From: Salpingoeca rosetta
Lineage: Eukaryota; Protista; Choanoflagellata
Direction of reading: 5' to 3'
Length of the DNA: 64,000 nucleotides
Assembly: GCA_033442325.1 (NCBI GenBank)
Contig: JAWQFM010000020.1
Span: 1,127,853 to 1,191,852 of the forward strand
Both the position numbers and the translations under genes were made by a program. Shown here piece after piece: positions 59,196 to 64,000 of the stretch; the first letter of the stretch is position 1, and each line of letters opens with the position of its first letter. Below the pieces are notes generated by a model. That model was not told the DNA's origin and did no database searches. It worked only from the letters and a program-made list of their open reading frames with translations.

Positions 59196-62039
59196 ATGCG
59201 GGCGTCAAGTTGCATTGCGCCGCTCCTCGCCTTCGCCATCGCCGTGGCTGCAGCCTCTGCAGGAGGCATTACGCGACCTCCACCCACACCAACAACCACA
59301 CCAACAACCACACCAACAACCACACCAACAACCACACCAACAACCACACCAACAACCACACCAACAATGACAGCGTGGAAGGCTGGAACGACGCCCTATT
59401 TGGAGTTGAGCAACGACGGCGGCGGTACCCTGCTCGTGGCGAGCCTTGGTGGTACCCACATCTGGAGGCCGTGCGCTTCGGCCGCCTCAAGCGCAGACAT
59501 GAATGGACCGCGCTTGCTCGTTGGCGATGATGGCTTTGACATTCTTGATGCGCTTCACAACATCTCTGCGGTCGCCGAAGGCTTCCGCAAGTGGACCCTG
59601 TCACACGCGCACATGCTGTGGCAACACTCCGTTGAAGGCGGCCAAGCCAGAACCATCATCGATGGCCTGATGCACGCAGCCTCCTTGGCCATCCACCCTG
59701 GCGATAACAACAGCGTGAGCAATGGCAACAACACCAGCACCTGGAGATCGCGCTGCACGCCAATCGCTGACCAGCCCTTGGTGAACGAGGGCTGGATTGA
59801 AGCCGATGCGGAGGGCAGCCTGCTCATCGGCACACAAGGCGACGTTTACCTGCATCTCCCTGCCTCGGGTGCACTTACCGTTGGAGATGTGGATTTCTTG
59901 AACGCCTTGCGTACCATCACACGCACCCTTAACAACCTCCTTAAAGCCGTTCAAGACACCCTGCCGTCTTATCTCACGGAGACACTGCCAGCCTCTGTGG
60001 CGGCTACTGCGCTCCCCACACTCCCTACACCACGCCGCAACCTCGACAACCGCACTCCTGCACCTGCTGGAGTCTCCGTGGATGCTGATGGCCACGTGCA
60101 TATTTCCAGCAACACAGCTGCTGGCGCAGGAGCCGGTGGCATTTCCTTTCAGCACCTGTCCGAGGATGACGGCTCCGCATCATCATCACCAGCCGCGCTC
60201 CACTTGCTGGTTGGCGGCGTGGATGTCGGCGGCTTGTTGGCCAACACGTCCGAGCTCGTGGCATCCTTCGCACCACACCTCCTGTCCATCACGTCAACCG
60301 CCAATCGCACGTTGGACTGCGAATCCCCGGCGTCAAAGGACCAAGCCATGGCAGAGGAGTGGACGGAGGCTGGAAGTGTCGTCCACTGCTGCTGCGAGCA
60401 GTTTCGCCACCTGCGCCGTGTGCTTGGCAGCGTTGCCCTCGCCGAAACCACGGTGGACCTGGCGTTTGGCGACGTGACCGCCGTGTGGGGGCACGTGCAA
60501 GGAAATGGAAGGGCGCTGAGCAGCGTGGACTTCGGCAGCCTGCGAGCGGTGTACGGAGACATCCGCTTGTCCGGCACCAGTGTTGCCAATCTTGACCTCG
60601 GCGGGCTCGTGTTTGTCGGTGGCGAGTTGCAGCTCGGGTACAACTACTACCTCACCTCCGTTTCCCTCGGGTCCCTGGCACACGTTGGCGGTCGCGTGTA
60701 CATCAGCGCTGGCACCCCTTCCCTATCTGCGTTTGACCTTGGCAACCTCACGCGCGTGGACGGCAGCTTCTACATCGGCTTGCACACCCCACTCCCAACG
60801 CACACTCTCACATATGTCGGTGGCACACTCAGCATATTCCAGAATAGAGACCTCACACAGCTCAGCCTGAGTTCCTTGGAGTACATTGGAGGTGATCTCG
60901 ACCTGGAAAGCCTGGAGGAACTATCGCAGGTGGACCTGGGCGCACAGCTTACCGCCATCAATGGCCGCCTTCGCGTACAGTACTGCGACAGCTTGCTGAG
61001 TCTGAACCTGGGCGCCCTCGCCACGATCGGTGGTAGCTTGTCCCTCACAGACAATGGCTTGCTGTCGTCTGTTGATCTCGGTGTGCTCACAAGCGTTGGT
61101 GGCGACATTGACCTGCGCAGATCCGCCGTCAACGGCATCTCCCTCGCACCCCTCCACAGCCTTGGCGGGCTCCTCTGGATTGAGTACAGCCTCTTCTCCA
61201 AGGTCGACCTGGACAAGCTGGAGGCAACCGGTGGTGGGATCGGGTTGTGCTGCGATGCCACGCTGCAGTCTTTCGACATTGCATCGCAGGCCTCCCGCCT
61301 CCGCCATGGTCTGGGCCTCAGCAGGTTTCCTCAGCTCACATCATTGGACTTTGGCTCTTTGACCACAGTGCTGGGGCCCGTTGCTGTCACGTTCAACGAA
61401 CGCCTGACAGCTGTTGACATGTCCGGCGTCCAGTCCATCGGGGGCACTCTCGAGATTCACAACAACGAAGCACTCACCAACATCTCCGTCCAAGGCCTGC
61501 AAACCGTGGCTGGCGACATAACAATCGGCAGAAACGGCCAGGGCCAGCTCACTTCCCTCTCCTTCCCCAACTTGCAGCGACACAACTACAGCCTGACTTT
61601 TCAGAGCAATGGCCTCCAGCATATCGACTTTGCAGTGCTCACCTGGATAGGCGGGCACCTGGATCTCTACAGCAATTCGCTCGCTTCCTTTCACTTCCGC
61701 AACATCAGTTACATTGGCGATTTTCTCTGGCTGCGACAAAACAAACTCACAACCCTAGACTTTGGCGCCCTCACAGAAGTCGGTGGATACCTTGACATGG
61801 GTGAGAACGAACTGACCACGCTCGCATTCTCAAACCTTCAGCGAGTCGGAACATTCCTCTCCTGCCGCGAAAACATGCTGCAGCACGTTTCGTTCGATGC
61901 CCTGCAGTTTGTCGGCAACAGCATCAGTTTCCAAAATAACCCTGATCTGCTGCAAATCGCCTGCAATGACACTGTCATTGCTCAGTGCATTGACGTCCCA
62001 GCGACCACAGCTCTCATTGACTGCCCCAAGAGCTGCTAG
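59196..62039 (+). CDS. Intronless secreted protein: signal peptide, PTTT mucin repeat, three N-terminal beta-rich modules, 20 or more receptor-L-domain-like (about 22 aa) repeats
   Basis: MRASSCIAPLLAFAIAVAAASA signal peptide; repeats of L..VGG.L.I..N..L...D.G across about 60410-61960; Cys caps; no TM or GPI tail. Confidence 0.85.
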   Translation: MRASSCIAPLLAFAIAVAAASAGGITRPPPTPTTTPTTTPTTTPTTTPTTTPTTTPTMTAWKAGTTPYLELSNDGGGTLLVASLGGTHIWRPCASAASSADMNGPRLLVGDDGFDILDALHNISAVAEGFRKWTLSHAHMLWQHSVEGGQARTIIDGLMHAASLAIHPGDNNSVSNGNNTSTWRSRCTPIADQPLVNEGWIEADAEGSLLIGTQGDVYLHLPASGALTVGDVDFLNALRTITRTLNNLLKAVQDTLPSYLTETLPASVAATALPTLPTPRRNLDNRTPAPAGVSVDADGHVHISSNTAAGAGAGGISFQHLSEDDGSASSSPAALHLLVGGVDVGGLLANTSELVASFAPHLLSITSTANRTLDCESPASKDQAMAEEWTEAGSVVHCCCEQFRHLRRVLGSVALAETTVDLAFGDVTAVWGHVQGNGRALSSVDFGSLRAVYGDIRLSGTSVANLDLGGLVFVGGELQLGYNYYLTSVSLGSLAHVGGRVYISAGTPSLSAFDLGNLTRVDGSFYIGLHTPLPTHTLTYVGGTLSIFQNRDLTQLSLSSLEYIGGDLDLESLEELSQVDLGAQLTAINGRLRVQYCDSLLSLNLGALATIGGSLSLTDNGLLSSVDLGVLTSVGGDIDLRRSAVNGISLAPLHSLGGLLWIEYSLFSKVDLDKLEATGGGIGLCCDATLQSFDIASQASRLRHGLGLSRFPQLTSLDFGSLTTVLGPVAVTFNERLTAVDMSGVQSIGGTLEIHNNEALTNISVQGLQTVAGDITIGRNGQGQLTSLSFPNLQRHNYSLTFQSNGLQHIDFAVLTWIGGHLDLYSNSLASFHFRNISYIGDFLWLRQNKLTTLDFGALTEVGGYLDMGENELTTLAFSNLQRVGTFLSCRENMLQHVSFDALQFVGNSISFQNNPDLLQIACNDTVIAQCIDVPATTALIDCPKSC

Positions 62040-62068
62040 CAAACTGCTTGATTGTTTGTGTTTGTGTG

Positions 62069-62103
<35 letters not shown>

Positions 62104-62770
62104 GAACAGTTTGTGCTTGATCTCAATTTTAGCCCGCTGTCTTTCTTCATCCGTATCTGGCTCTACGTAATCAAGAAATGAATTCGAAACTGACGGGTAG
62201 ACTACACAATCGTCACTGTGAGGGGGCGGGGAGCGATACAATGGATAAAATGCAGAGCAACCGCAACAAGCAAGAACATGAGGGCAATGAACAACCACAA
62301 CAAAACTGTAGAAACACGACAGGTGGTGTGTGTGTTTACTGTAGGCAAGCGCAACAAACAAGAACACAAGGAGAATGAACAAGCACAACAAGCTGCTGCC
62401 AAATCAACTCGGGCAGCACGCTCAAACAAACACAAGACAAGTGCACACACAGTCAACAACGCTGCCAAGGCGACATGGGCAGAGTGTGCACGAGCACAAA
62501 CAAACTAAACAATGAACAGCATGCATACATGCGCGCAGAGCAATGCTAAGCATGGCATGAATGCTTGCAGGCAAGCATACACAACAGACAACACTTCACA
62601 ACACTGCATGGCACGCACACATGGCATCCGTCAAGGATGACGGGCATGCACATATGTTGACAGGCAAGTCCTGTCTGCTGAGTCATCATTGACCTCCCTT
62701 CTTTACGACACCACAAATTTACATTCACCTCTCTTGTGTTCTGGAATGTTCACGTGATTTCCCTCCAACC

Positions 62771-63100
62771 TGTTGCACGTGCAGTGTTTTCCTTGTGTGG
62801 TTGCTCGATGTTACATGCTCTTGCATAACACACCACATAACCACACAACTCTCAACAAACACTGCCACGTCACCACTTTGCGTTGTCGACAATTCTTGTC
62901 TTCTGCTCTGTTTCTTTCTGTTGGAGGTTCATTCATCCTACATCCTTGTTTGCTTCACAACTCAAGTAAACACACACAACTCTCTCTTGCCAAGACAATC
63001 TCCCACACAACACACAGCACACACAGCACACACAGCACACACACACACACACACACACACAAGTCTCCAACAACAGCACCACCACCATGAACTTACAACA
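62771..63100 (+). mobile_element. Probable 5' LTR of a copia-type retrotransposon (TGTTG...TTACAACA)
   Basis: Inverted termini TGTTG/CAACA, immediately followed by a PBS-like sequence and gag. The 5' edge is uncertain (other TGTTG at 62655 and 62919). Confidence 0.55.
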
Positions 63101-64000
63101 GATTATGAGACCCAGCTCAATTAGCGCAGACGGCATCAAGGTCTTCGCTGGCGCTGAGCAGGATGCCAACCTCTTCTTCATCACCGTCGAGGCCCAAGCT
63201 CATCGCCGCTGGCATCGACGCTGGCATCATCGCCGAGGGTGGTGCTGACCACCAAGGAGACGGGCAGGCCCCAGCAGCTGCCTCATCGCCGAGCCCAAGC
63301 ACCCACGGTGCTTCGGGTCCCCGCACTCGCTCCCGCGCTCAACGCGGCCCTCGCCGCACTGGCGTCCGCCACGACGCGGGGGACCACGACGACGATGACG
63401 ACGACGAGGGCGATGGCGACGACCACGGCGCTCACCCATCTTCCTCCTCTTCCTCTCTCCCTTCTTCCGCCACTCCGAGCGGAGGAGCGCAGGTGGCGTC
63501 CCGAGCCTCTGGCCTGCTGGATCCCCGTGATCCACAGGTTGACGCAGCCATCTTCGCGTTCCTCCTTGGCGTCCTGACGGGACACCCGCTGCGGCTGGCC
63601 ATCACCGACAATCGTGGCCGCTCAGGTGTGCTTGCGCTGCGCCGCCTCCGCGAGCGCTACATCCGCAGCGGCAAGGACCACGTCAGTCGTCTCAGGCAGC
63701 AGCTCTCCTCGACCACCTGGTTGCCCACGGACACCGTTGACACGTTCATGTCCCGCATCACGGACATCAACTCGCAGCTCCTCGCTGCCGGCGTGTCCAT
63801 CCCGGAGGACGACCTGCGCACCCTCGTCCGCAACGAACTCCCCGCAGAGTTTGATGTGGCGATGCGGTTCATGGAGCGCGAGGACCCGCCGCCATCGCTG
63901 TCCAAGATGACGGCGGACCTCATCCAGGAGGAGCGCCGCCTGCATCGTCCCAAGAAGCGCACGCCCGTGCTCGCCATCGGCGGGCCAGGCTCTGGCTCCT
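63101..64000 (+). mobile_element. Ty1/copia LTR retrotransposon internal region: PBS (63101-63115) and gag with a +1 frameshift near 63193-63195; runs off the window
   Basis: After removing one C: IKVFAGAEQDANLFFITVEAKLIAAGI...AIFAFLLGVL..LRRLRERY..RLRQQLSS...DTVDTFMSRITDINSQL.AAGVSIPEDDL...NELPAEFD....M.......LSKMTADLIQEERR, a typical copia gag (UBN2-like) pattern. No introns or microsatellites. Confidence 0.8.

Overview
Eukaryotic, intron-rich genomic scaffold. Introns are GT-AG and packed with (CA/TG)n microsatellites, and there are six N-gaps. Gene content and style point to a choanoflagellate, probably Salpingoeca rosetta (inference). Manual splicing gives about 15 protein-coding genes: an NF-YC-like histone fold, an AREL1-like filamin/HECT E3 ligase, a SPEN-family 4xRRM+SPOC protein, SFT2, a FAM107-like small protein, a Gv-like G-alpha, a family III CoA-transferase (SUGCT-like), an NPPY amino-methyltransferase of phage/giant-virus type with an RGG tail, syntaxin-1-like and TTC4/CNS1 genes (both 3'-truncated), RAE1 (one exon missing), a 1824-aa LRR + furin-like + TM + TIR receptor, a TMTC O-mannosyltransferase, SMC1 and an intronless secreted L-domain repeat protein. 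The window ends in the 5' part of a copia-type LTR retrotransposon. Top candidates for new biology are the Toll-like receptor whose TIR keeps the NADase glutamate (its ORFs are split by a gap-containing intron), the domesticated virus-like adenine methyltransferase, the secreted protein with three cubilin-N-like modules, and the retrotransposon PBS matching an elongator-type tRNA-Met anticodon arm. All family calls come from motif recognition by eye; no searches were run.
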